Shown here: positions 25,585-36,407 of the stretch, one piece after another | How the letters are laid out: each line of letters opens with the position of its first letter | Position numbering within the stretch: position 1 is the stretch's first letter | Assembly: GCA_030390025.1 (NCBI GenBank) | Contig: CM059431.1 | Span: forward strand, 130,264,001 to 130,328,000 | Length of the DNA: 64,000 nucleotides | Direction of reading: 5' to 3' | Origin: Squalus acanthias | Lineage: Eukaryota | Notes under the pieces: generated by a model | Told to the model about the DNA's origin: nothing | What the model saw: only the letters and a program-made list of their open reading frames with translations | The model's database searches: none | Program-made: the position numbers and the translations under genes

Positions 25585-27092
25585 CAAATGTTACACCCCT
25601 GTTCAAAGAAGGGGAGAGGATAAGCTCAGCATTTACTGGCCAGTCAGCCTAACTTTGGTGGTTGGGAAACTTGCAGCTACAATAATCCGGGACAAAATTA
25701 ATTGGCACTTGGAAAAATATGGGTTAATAAATGAAAGCCAGCATGGATTTGGTATAGGCAAATCGTGTTTGAGTAACTTGATTGAGTTCTTTGATGAAGT
25801 AACGGATAGGGTGGAGGAGGATAGTATGGTGATGGTGTGTATATGGACTTTCAAAAGTGCCACATAATAGACTTGTTATCAAATTGAAGCCCATGGGATT
25901 AAAGGGGCACTGACAGCGTGGATACAAGGGACAGAAAGCAGAGAGTAGTGGTGAACGGTTGGTTTTCAGACGGGAGGGAAGTATACAGTGGTGTCCCCAG
26001 GGGTCGGTATTGGGACCACTGCTCTTTTTGATCTATATTAATGATACTGGAAATGGGTATACAGAGCATAATTTCAAAGTTTGCAGATGACACGAAACTC
26101 GGAAATATAGCAAACAGTGAGGAGGATAGTAAGAGACTTCAGGAAGACAGAGACAGACTGGTGAAATGGGCAGACATATGGCAGATGAAATTTAATGCAG
26201 ATAAGTGTGAAGTGACTTATTTTGGAAGGATCAATGAGGAGAGGCAATATAAACTAAATGGTACAATTTTAACGGGGGTGCAGGAATAGAAAGACCTGGG
26301 GGTGTGCATACTCAAGTCTTTGAAGGTGGCAGGACAACTTGGGAAGGCTGTTAAAATGACGAAAGGTCTTCGACCTGAAACATTAACTCTGTTTCTCTCT
26401 CCACGGATGCTGCCTGGCCTGCTGAGTTTTTCCAGCCTTTTCTGTTGTTATTTTGGATTTCCAGCATCTGCAGTATTTTGCTATTGTGTTAAAATGGCAG
26501 CTGGGGTCCTTGGCTATATAAAGTGTAAAAGCATGAAAGCAATGCGAAACCATTCCAAAACACTGGTTAGGCCCTAGCTGGAGTATGTTGTTCAATTCTG
26601 GGCACCACACTTTATGAATGATGTCAAAGCCTGAGAGAGGGTGCAAAGGAGATTTACTAGAATGACACCAGAGATGAAAGAATTCAGTTAAGTAGAGACA
26701 TGAGAGAAACTGGGGTTGTTCTCCTTAGAGCAGAGAAGGTTAAGGGGAGATTTGATAGAGGTGTTTAAAATCATGAAGGGTTTTGATAGAGTAAATAAGG
26801 AGAAACAGTTTCCAGTAGCAGAAGAGTCAGTAATCAGAGGACACGGATTTAAGATAATTGGCAAAAGAACCAGAGGTGACGTGAAGAAAAAAAAAATTAC
26901 GCAGCGAGTTGTTATGATCTGGAATGCACTGCCTGAAATGGTGGTGGAAGCAGATTCAATAATAACTTTCAAAAGGGGATTGGATAAATACTTGAAAAGA
27001 AAAAATTTGGCAGGGCTATGGGGAAAGAGCAAGGGAGTTAGACTGATTGGATAGCTCTTTCAAAGAGCTGGCACAGGCATGATGGGCCAAAT
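25585..27092 (+). mobile_element. 5'-truncated CR1 (RT); its last ~40 bp lie at 34405-34445
   Basis: NVTPLFK, SQHGF..SCLSNLIEFF, SKFADD and C-terminal motifs. The 3' UTR is split at gggccaaat|...|caaatggccac. Confidence 0.9.
26359..26486 (+). mobile_element. 128-bp Penelope pLTR fragment with a partial hammerhead motif
   Basis: 10-bp TSD tgttaaaatg (26349-26358, 26487-26496). Matches the reverse complement of 10620-10750. Confidence 0.85.
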
Positions 27093-27173
27093 CATAGAGT
27101 CATAGAGTTATGCAGCACAGATAGAGGCCCTTCGGCCCATCGTGTCCGCGCCGGCCATCAAGCCCTGTCTAAT

Positions 27174-29383
27174 CTAATCCCATATTCCAGCATTTGGTCC
27201 GTAGCCTTGTATGCTATGGCATTTCAAGCGCTCATCCAAATGCTTCTTGAATGTTGTGAGGGTTCCTGCCTCCACAACCCTTTCAGGCAGTGAGTTCCAG
27301 ACTCCAACCACCCTCTGGGTGAAAAAGTTCTTTCTCAAATCCCTTCTAAACCTCCCGCCCTTTACCTTGAATCTATGCCCCCTTGTTATAGACCCCCCTA
27401 CTAAGGGAAAAAGCTCCTTAGTATCCATCCTATCTATGCCCCTCATAATTTTGTACACCTCAATCATGTCCCCCCTCAGCCTCCTCTGCTCCAAGGAAAA
27501 CAAACCCAATCTGCCCAGTCTCTCTTCATAGCTGAAGCACTCCAGCCCGGGTAACATTCTGGTGAATCTCCTCTGCACCCTCTCCAAAACTATCACATCC
27601 TTCCTGTAGTGTGGCGACCAGAACTGCACACAGTATTCCAGATGTGGCCTAACCAGTGTTTTATACAGCTCCATCATAACCTCCTTGCTCTTATATTCTA
27701 TGCCTCGGCTAATGAATGCAAGTATCCCATATGCCTTTTTTACCACCTTATCCACCTGTTCCGCTGCCTTCAGGGATCTGTGTACTTGCACACCAAGATC
27801 CCTCTGACCCTCCGTCTTGCCTAGGGTCTTACCATTCATTGTGTATTCCCTTGCCTTGTTAGTCCCTCCAAAGTGCATCACCTCGCACTTTTCCGAATTA
27901 AATTCCATTTGCCACTGTTCCGCCCATCTGACCAACCCATCTATATCGTCCTGCAGACTGAGGCTACCCTCCTCGCTATTTACCACCCTACCAATTTTTG
28001 TATCATCCGCGAACTTACTGATCATACCTTTTACATTCATATCCAAGTCGTTAATGTAGACCACAAACAGCAAGGGACCCAGCACCGATCCCTGTGGTAC
28101 CCCACTGGCCACAGGCCTCCAGTCACAAAAACAACCTTCGACCATCACCCTCTGCCTTCTGCCACTGAGCCAGTTTTGTATCCAATGTGCCAAGGCACCC
28201 TAGATTCCATGGGCTCTTACCTTCTTCACCAGTCTCCTGTGCGGGACTTTATCGAAGGCCTTACTGAAATCCATGTATACCACATCCACTGCGTTACCCT
28301 CATCCACACACCTAGTCACCCCCTCAAAAAATTCAATCAAATTAGTCAGACATGATCTTCCCTTGACAAAGCCATGCTGGCTAACCCTGATTAATCCTTG
28401 CCTCTCCAAGTGGAGACTAATTTTGTCCCTCAGAATTTTTTCCAATAATTTTCCTACCACTGATGTTAGGCTGACTGGCCTGTAGTTCCCCGGTTTTTCC
28501 CTACTCCCTTTCTTGAATAATGGTACTACATTAGCGGTTCTCCAGTCCTCTGGCACATCCCCTGTGGCCAGAGAGGTTCTGAATATGTTAGAGCCCCCAC
28601 AATCTCCTCCTTTGCCTCACACAGCAGCCTGGGATACATTTCGTCTGGACCTGGGGATTTATCCATTTTTAGACCTGCTAAAACCGCCAATACCTCCTCC
28701 CTCTCGATGTTAAAATGTTCGACTATATCACAGTCCCCCTGCCCTAATTTTATGTCTGCATCGTCCTTCTCCATAGTGAAAACAGATGCAAAAAATTCAT
28801 TTAGAACCCCACCTACATCTTCCGGCTCCACACACAGATTGCCACTTTTGTCCCTAATGGGCCCTATTTTTTCCCTAGTTATCCTCTTACCCTTAATATA
28901 CTTATAAAACATCTTAGGATTTTCCTTTATTTTGCTCGCCAGTGTTATTTCATGGCCCCTCCTTGATCTCCTAATTTCTTTTTTAAGTATCCCCCTGCAC
29001 TTTTTGTACTCCTCTAGGGCTTCCTCCGTCTTTAGCATTTTGTATCTGCCAAAAGCCCTCCTTTTTTTCCTGATCCATTCTCGTATATCCCCTGACATCC
29101 AAGGTTCCCTGGGGTTTTTGGAACCACCCTTGACCTTTACGGGAACATGCTGCCATTGTATGATCTCAATCTCCCTTCTGAAAGAATCCCATTGCTCCGA
29201 TGCGGATTTTCCTACAAGCAGCTGATCCCAGTCCATTTTGGCCAGATCCTGCCTTATCCTATTAAAATCGGCCTTCCCCCAATTTAGAACCTTTATTTCC
29301 GGCCCATCCCTGTCCTTTTCCATGACCACCTTAAATCTCACCGTATTATGGTCACTGTCACCAAAATGCTCACCTACTAGCAC
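27174..29383 (-). pseudogene. CR1 ORF2 C-terminal two-thirds (RT), with one frameshift and one stop
   Basis: KSPGPD, NYRPVSLTS, QHGF, DFSKAFD, GVPQGSVLGP and FADD motifs. Confidence 0.9.
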
Positions 29384-30452
29384 TTGTTAGAAACATAGAA
29401 ACATAGAACAGTACAGCACAGTACAGGCCCTTCGGCCCTCGATGTTGTGCCGAGCATTGTCCGAGACCAAGATCAAGCTATCACACTCCCTATCACTCTG
29501 GTGTGCTCCATGTGCTTATCCAATAACCGCTTGAAAGTTCCTAAAGTGTCCGACTCCACTATCACAGCAGGCAGTCCATTCCACACCCCAACCACTCTCT
29601 GAGTAAAGAATCTACCTCGGACATCCCTTCTATATCTCCCCCCATGCACCTTATAGTTATGCCCCCTTGTAACAGCTGCCTCTACCCGAGGAAATAGTCT
29701 CTGAACATCCACTCTATCTATCCCCCTCATCATCTTATAAACCTCTATTAAGTCGCCTCTCATCCTCCTCCGCTCTAAAGAGAAAAGCCCCAACTCCCTC
29801 AATCTTTCCTCATAAGACCTCCCCCCCAAACCAGGCAGCATCCTGGTAAATCTCCTTTGCACTCTTTCCAATGCTTCCACGTCCTTCCTATAGTGAGGTG
29901 ACGAGAACTGCACACAATATTCCAAATGTGGTCTCACCAAGGTCCTGTACAGTTGCAGCATAACCTCACGGTTCTTAAACTCAAACCCTCTGTTAATAAA
30001 CGCCAACACACCATAGGCCTTCTTTACTGCTCTATCCACTTGAGTGGCAACCTTCAGAGATCTGTGGATATGAACCCCCAGATCCCTCTGCTCCTCCACG
30101 TTCCTCAGAACCCTGCCGTTGACCCTGTAATCCTTATTCAAATTTGCCCTACCAAAATGAATCACCTCGCACTTATCAGGGTTAAATTCCATCTGCCATT
30201 TTTCGGCCCAGCTCTGCATCCTATCAATGTCTCTTTGCAGCCTACAACAGCCCTCCACCTCATCCACTGCTCCACCAATCTTGGTGTCATCAGCAAATTT
30301 ACTGATCCACCCTTCAGTCCCCTCCTCCAAGTCATTGATAAAAATCACAAACAGCAGAGGACCCAGCACCGACCCCTGTGGCACACCGCTGGTAACTGGT
30401 CTCCAGTCCGAAAATGTTCCATCCACCACCACCCTCTGCCTTCTATGAGATA

Positions 30453-30687
30453 TGGTACCTTCCTGGCTGACTTGATTAACTTTATCACACCTCGGCAGAT
30501 AGTCAGGATGATTTAATTTAGTGGTCTGCAATTGTAAGGTACACATGCTTTGTTCTCTATCTATATATGCTTTGGCGATTCTGTATCTAATTTACTTCAC
30601 CTGAGGAAGGGGCAATCGATAGCTCCGAAAGCTTGTGATTTCAAATAAAACTGTTGGACTATAACCTGGTGTTGTGCGACCTCTCAA
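30453..30687 (+). mobile_element. 235-bp non-autonomous Penelope-like (pLTR) insertion with hammerhead ribozyme
   Basis: 12-bp TSD ttctatgagata (30441-30452, 30688-30699). HHR core followed by AATAAA. Confidence 0.85.
30597..30638 (+). ncRNA. Minimal hammerhead ribozyme motif
   Basis: TCAC-CTGAGGA-a-ggggc(aatcgata)gctcc-GAAA-GC-TT-GTGA: conserved core, stems I and II, palindromic AAGCTT stem III. Confidence 0.75.
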
Positions 30688-32954
30688 TTCTATGAGATAG
30701 CCTGTTACTTATCCAATCGGCCAAATTTCCCTCTATCCCACAACTCCTTACTTTCTTCATGAGCCGACCATGGGGAACCTTATCAAACGCCTTACTAAAA
30801 TCCATGTATACAACATCAACTGCTCTACCTTCATCTACACACTTAGTTACCTCCTCAAAGAATTCAATCAAATTCGTTAGGCAAGACTTACCCTTCACGA
30901 ATCCGTGTTGACTATCCCTGATTAAGTTGCCCCTTTCCAAATGGTCATAAACCCTATCCCTCAGGACCTTTTCCATTATCTTACCAACCACCGAAGTAAG
31001 ACTAACCGGCCTATAATTACCAGGGTCATTCCTATTTCCTTTCTTGAAGAGAGGAACAACATTCGCCACTCTCCAGTCCTCTGGCACCATTCCCGTGGAC
31101 AGTGAGGACCCAAAGATCAAAGCCAGAGGCTCTGCAATCTCCTCCCTTGCCTCCCAAAGAATCCTAGGATATATCCCATCTGGCCCAGGGGACTTATCGA
31201 CCCTCAGGTTCTTCAAAATTGCTAAAACATCTTCCCTCAGAACATCTACCACCTCCAGCCTATCCACCTTTATCACACTCTCATCCTCAAGAACATGGCC
31301 CCTCTCCTCGGTGAACACTGACGAAAAGTATTCATTCATCACCTCTCCTATTTCTTCTGACTCCATGCACAAGTTCCCACTACTGTCCTTGACCGGCCCT
31401 ACCCTCACCCTGGTCATTCTTTTATTTCTCACATAAGAGTAAAAGGCCTTGGGGTTTTTCTTGATCCGACCCGCCAAGGACTTCTCATGCCCCCTCCTAG
31501 CTCTCCTAAGCTCTTTTTTTAGCTCATTCCTTGCTACCTTGTACCCCTCAATCGACCCAACTGAACCTTGTTTTCTCATCCTTACATACGCTTCCTTTTT
31601 CCTCTTGACTAGACATTCAACCTCTTTTGTGAACCATGGTTCTCTCACTCGGCCATTTCCTCCCTGCCTGACAGGGACATACCTATCAAGGACACGCAGT
31701 AATTGCTCCATGAAAAAGCTCCACTTTTCGTTTGTGCCTTTCCCTGATAGTTTCTGTTCCCATCTTATACTCCCTAATTCTTGCCTAATCGCATCATAAT
31801 TACCCCTCCCCCAATTATAAACCCTGCCCTGCCGTATGGCCCTATCCCTCTCCATTGCAATAGTGAAAGTTACCGAATTGTGGTCACTATCTCCAAAGTG
31901 CTCTCCCACATACAAATCAAACACTTGGCCCGGTTCATTACCCAGTACCAAATCCAACGTGGCCCCAGCTCTTGTCGGCCTATCCACATATTGTGTCAGG
32001 AAACCCTCCTGCACACACTGTGCAAAAACTATCCCATCCGAACTGTTTGACCTATAAAGGTTCCAATCAATATTTGGAAAGTTGAAGTCACCCATGACAA
32101 CTACTCTGTGACCTCCACACCTATTCATAATCTGCTTTGCAATTTCTTCCTCCTCATCTCTATTACTATTTGGGGGCCTGTAGAAAACTCCTAACAACGT
32201 GACCGCTCCTTTCCTATTTCTAACTTCAGCCCATATTACCTCAGACGGCAGATCCCCCTCGAACTTGGCCGGCCACATTCCCTAGAATTAGGTCCAGTAC
32301 CGCCCCCTCTCTTGTAGGACTTTCTACATGCTGGCTCAAAAAGCTCTCCTGGATGCACTTTAAGAATTTTGAACCCTCTAAGCCTTTCACACTCTGACTA
32401 TCCCAGTTAATATTGGGGAAGTTGAAATCCCCCATTATTATTACCCTATTATTTGCACATTTCTCTGAGATTTGCCTACATATCTGTTCCTCTATCTCCC
32501 CCTGACTGGGGGCCTATAGTACGCTCCCAGCAAAGTGCTTGCCCCCTTTTTGTTTTTAAGCTCCACCCATATAGCCTCATTGGAGGAACCTGCTAATATA
32601 TCATCCCTCCTTATGGCAGTAATTGATTCCTTAATTAATATTGCGACACCTCCTCCTCTTATACCTCCCCCTCTGTCTCGCCTGAATTTCTGTACCCCAG
32701 AATATTGAGCTGCCAGTCTTGCCCCTCCCTCAGCCATGTCTCCGTGATAGCAACAATATCATACTCCCATGTGTTTATCAACACCTTCAGTTCATCCACC
32801 TTATTCGCTAGACTCCTTGCATTAAAATAGATGCCTTCCAGCCTTGCTCTTACATGTTTGCCCTGTCTTCCAAGCTGACTTGTTTTTTTCTCTATATTTG
32901 ACTGTACATCACCCACTATTGTAGCTCCACTCTGTATCCCATCCCCCTGCCAAG

Positions 32955-33905
32955 TTAGTTTAAACCCCCCCCAACAGTGCTAACAAACCTCCCCGCAAGG
33001 ATATTTGTCCCGCTCTGGTTCAGGTGCAAACCGTCCGACTTGTACAAGTCCCACCTTCCCCAGAAGCAGGCCCAGTGATCCAGGAAACTAAAACCCTCCC
33101 TCCTGCACCAACTCTTTAGCCACGCATTCATTTGTTCTATCCTCCTATTCCTATACTCACTAGCACGTGGCACTGGGAGTAATCCAGAGATTACAACCTT
33201 TGAGGTCCTGCTCTTTAATCTGCTGCCTAGCTCCCTAAATTCTTGATGCAGGACCTCATCCCCCTTCCTACCTATGTCGTTGGTCCCAATGTGAACCACG
33301 ACCTCTGCCTGCTCACCCTCCCCCTTAAGAATACCCTGTAGCCGCTCAGTGACATCCATGACCCTGGCCCCAGGGAGGCAACAAACCATCCTGGAGTCAC
33401 GTTTATGGCCACAGAAACGCCTATCTGTTCCCCTTACGATAGAATCCCCTACCACTATTGCTCTCCCACTGTTTTTCCTCCCTTTCTGAGCAGCAGAAGC
33501 AACCCTGGTGCCAGGAAGTTGGCTGCTGCCGCTCTCCCCTAGTGAGTCATCCCCCTCAACAGTATCCAAATCGGTATACTTGTTTGAAAGGGGGATGACC
33601 GCAGGGGTCCCCTGTACTTCCTGCCTGCCTCTGCTGCTCTGCCTGATGGTCAACCATTTCCCTTCTGCCTGTGCAGCCCTACCCTGCGGCGTGACCAACT
33701 CGCTAAACGTGTTATCCACGACCATCTCAGCATCGCGTATGCTCCAAAACTCATCCACCCGCAGCTCGAGCGCCGCAATGCGGTCTACAAGTAGCTGCAG
33801 CTGGATGCATTTCTCGCACACATGGTCCCCAGGGACACTGGCAGCATCCCTGAATTCCCACATGGAGCAAGAGGAGCATAACACGGGGCTGATCTCACCT
33901 GCCAT
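32955..33905 (-). CDS. CR1 ORF1 protein (zinc finger/leucine zipper + SGNH esterase domain), 316 aa, open
   Basis: CxxC..CxxC plus a heptad repeat, then VVGDSIVR, CLPGAR, VHIGTND and DGLHLN blocks. Confidence 0.9.
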   Translation of the reverse strand: MAGEISPVLCSSCSMWEFRDAASVPGDHVCEKCIQLQLLVDRIAALELRVDEFWSIRDAEMVVDNTFSELVTPQGRAAQAEGKWLTIRQSSRGRQEVQGTPAVIPLSNKYTDLDTVEGDDSLGESGSSQLPGTRVASAAQKGRKNSGRAIVVGDSIVRGTDRRFCGHKRDSRMVCCLPGARVMDVTERLQGILKGEGEQAEVVVHIGTNDIGRKGDEVLHQEFRELGSRLKSRTSKVVISGLLPVPRASEYRNRRIEQMNAWLKSWCRREGFSFLDHWACFWGRWDLYKSDGLHLNQSGTNILAGRFVSTVGGGLN

Positions 33906-34135
33906 GACCTACTCCTTTAATTAAATTAAAAATGTATTCAATACCCCAGTTACAGATATACTCCAGGGCGCTTTATTTACCAACTGTCCCCACTACACCA
34001 CAGAGACCCTAGAAATTTAACACCACAGAATTTAAGCTTGAAAAGAGAGAAATACTCACCAACCAATCACTTACCTGCTTTTTGGTGACGTCACACTTCG
34101 ATTATTTTTCCCTCCGAGTTCGGAGACTGGTTCGT

Positions 34136-34404
34136 CTTACCTGGTCTCTGGAGCCTTTTACAGGCCCACTGCCGCCGCTGAAACTCCCGCCGACGCTCTG
34201 AGGCCTTACCTGGTCTCTGGAGCCTTTTACAGGCCCACTGCCGCCGCTGAAACTCCCGCCGACGCTCTGAGGCCTTACCTGGTCTCTGGAGCCTTTTACA
34301 GGCCCACTGCCGCCGCTGAAACTCCCGCCGACGCTCTGAGGCCTTACCTGGTCTCTGGAGCCTTTTACAGGCCCACTGCCGCCGCTGAAACTCCCGCCGA
34401 CGCT
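34136..34404 (-). repeat. 69-bp tandem repeat x~3.9 forming the CR1 5' end
   Basis: Units start at 34136, 34205, 34274 and 34343 and appear identical. Confidence 0.95.
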
Positions 34405-34573
34405 CAAATGGCCACTTTCTGTGCTGTATCATTCTATGATTATATGAAAATGTACCACTTCACACTTATCGAGATTGAAATTCATTTTTCAAGTACATTT
34501 TGCAAATTTATTAAAGTCTTCTTGTTCAGTGGGTGAGATGCACAAAGCTTTCATGCATCTCACCCACCTGCTC

Positions 34574-35304
34574 ATTTTTTAAAAATTCGTTCCTGGGTTG
34601 TGGGCGTCGCTGGCAAGGCCAGCATTTATTGCCCATCCCTAATTGCCCTTGAGAAGGTGGTGGTGAGCCGCCTTCTTGAACCGCTGCAGTCCGTGTGGTG
34701 AAGGTACTCCCACAGTGCTGTTAGATAGGGAATTCCAGGATTTTGACCCAGCGACGATGAAGGATTGGCGATATACTTCTAAGTCAGGATGGTGTGTGAC
34801 TTGGAGGGGAACTTGGAGGTGGTGGTGTTCCCATGCGCCTGCTGCCCTTGTCCTTCTAGGTGGTAGAGGTCGCGGGTTTGGGAGGTGCTGCCGAAGAAGC
34901 CTTGGCGAGTTGCTGCAGTGCATCTTTTCGATGGTACACACTGCAGCCACGGTACGCCAGTGGCGGAGGAAGTGAATGTTTAAGGTGGTGGATGGGGTGC
35001 CAATCAAGCGGGCTGCTTGCTCCTGGATGGTTTGAGCTTCTTGAGTGTTGTTGGAGCTGCACTCATCCAGGCAAGTGGAGAGTATTCCATCACACTCCTG
35101 ACTTGTGCCTTGTAGATGGTGGAAAGGCTTTGAGGAGTCAGGAGGTGAGACACTCGCTGCAGAATACCCAGCCTCTGACCTGCTCTTGTTGCCACAGTAT
35201 TTATGTGGCTGGTCCAGTTAAGTTTCTGGTCAATGGTGACCCCCCAAGATGATGTTGGTGGGGGATTTTCGGCAATGGTAATGCCGTTGAATGTCAAGGG
35301 GCGG
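34574..35304 (-). mobile_element. CR1-group LINE of a second lineage, 3' fragment
   Basis: YKAQVRSVMEYSPLAW and SWNSL..FKKAAHHHLL. Near-identical to 60605-61330. Confidence 0.9.
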
Positions 35305-35726
35305 AAAAGGCTGGGTAAAGCCATGAGCATCAGGAAAGGCGAAGCTAACGGTTTACCTGACCAGGCCTGCATATTACTTGTAACTCTTCAATCACTTTAG
35401 CAAATATTCAACCAGCTTGACAATTTCAAGCTGCATTCTGAAGACTGTCATGTGCTAATGTTCAGTCTCTCAAGTGTCACCCAAACTCATCTCTTTTGTC
35501 TAGGTAGCTCGTGTGTCTCTGCCAATTGAGTAACTTAAGTGTCAACCACGTAGTGTGGTTGTCAGGACAACGGCAATAAATGTGGCCTTGATCAAACAAA
35601 AAAATAGATGGCACCTCTTGCAAAGCAGTACTTCTTGAGTGTTGAATTGGAATGTTAAGCTAAATTTTACACTCAGGTCAAGGTTGATTCAAAGATGCTA
35701 CTATTTGAGCCAAGCTAGCACTTAAA

Positions 35727-36295
35727 GCCAGAAGTGCCGAGTGGATGATCCATATCGGCCTCCTCCTGAGGTCCCACCATCGCAGAAGCCAGTCTTCAGC
35801 CAATTCGATTCACTCCACGTGATCTCAAGAAACGGCTGAGCACACTGGATACAGCAAAGACTATGGGCCCCGACAACATCCCGACTGTCGTCCTGAAGAC
35901 TTGTGCTCCAGCACTAGCTGCACCTCGAGCCAAGCTGTTCCAGTAAATCTGCAAAACTGGCATCTATCCAACAATGTGGAAAACTGCCCAGGTATGTCCT
36001 GTCCACAAACAAAAGCAGGACAAATCCAATCCGTCCAATTACCGCCCCATCACTCTATTCTCAATCACCAGCAAAGTGATGGAAGGTGTCGTCGACAGTG
36101 CTATCAAGCAGCACTTACCAATAACCTGCTCACTGATGCTCAATTTGGGTTCCACCAGGACCACTCGGCTCCAGAATTCATTACAGCCTTGGTCCAAACA
36201 TGGACAAACAGGGCCTTCTCAAGGGCAATTAGGGATGGGCAATAAATGCTGGCCTTGCCAGTGATGCCCACATCCCATGAACGAATAAAACAAAA
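35727..36295 (+). mobile_element. Internally deleted copy of the second LINE lineage
   Basis: GPDNIP, WKTAQVCPVHK..NYRPI and QFGF join directly to the 3' tail (ttctcaagggcaattagggatgggcaataaatgctgg). Confidence 0.85.
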
Positions 36296-36407
36296 GGCCA
36301 CTGATCTGCAGGGCTGCCTGCTCCATTTGGGCAAGGATTATGATGTCAGGTACTGCTCCCCGGTCTTGTTCCTCTCCCTGGCATTAGGTGCTGTTTTGTG
36401 CTACAGA

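Larger units (their letters stand above)
29387..32262 (-). mobile_element. Young 5'-truncated CR1 (EN C-half + RT), split by a PLE-derived insertion
   Basis: ORFs 30659-32278 and 29473-30546 join in frame (WISNRLSHR|RQRVVV) once 30453-30699 is removed. (TTCTATGT)n tail at 29387-29410. ACTTG on both flanks. Confidence 0.95.
27093..34404 (-). mobile_element. Full-length CR1 LINE (5' UTR monomers, ORF1, ORF2 EN-RT, 3' tail), interrupted by 29387-32262
   Basis: 5-bp TSD caaat (27088-27092, 34405-34409). ORF1 at 32955-33905. ORF2 pieces 32659-32916, 32492-32737, 32263-32435, 28526-29383, 28200-28556 and 27174-28193. Confidence 0.95.

Noticed and set aside
27211..32057. Plus-strand ORFs such as 27873-28355, 29926-30516 and 31044-31436
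   Set aside because: Antisense shadows of CR1 ORF2.
34136..34404. CRISPR array, or repeat-protein ORFs (34091-34432, 34102-34407)
   Set aside because: The units are contiguous with no unique spacers, the context is eukaryotic, and the ORFs are by-products of a 69-bp (3n) tandem repeat in a LINE 5' UTR.
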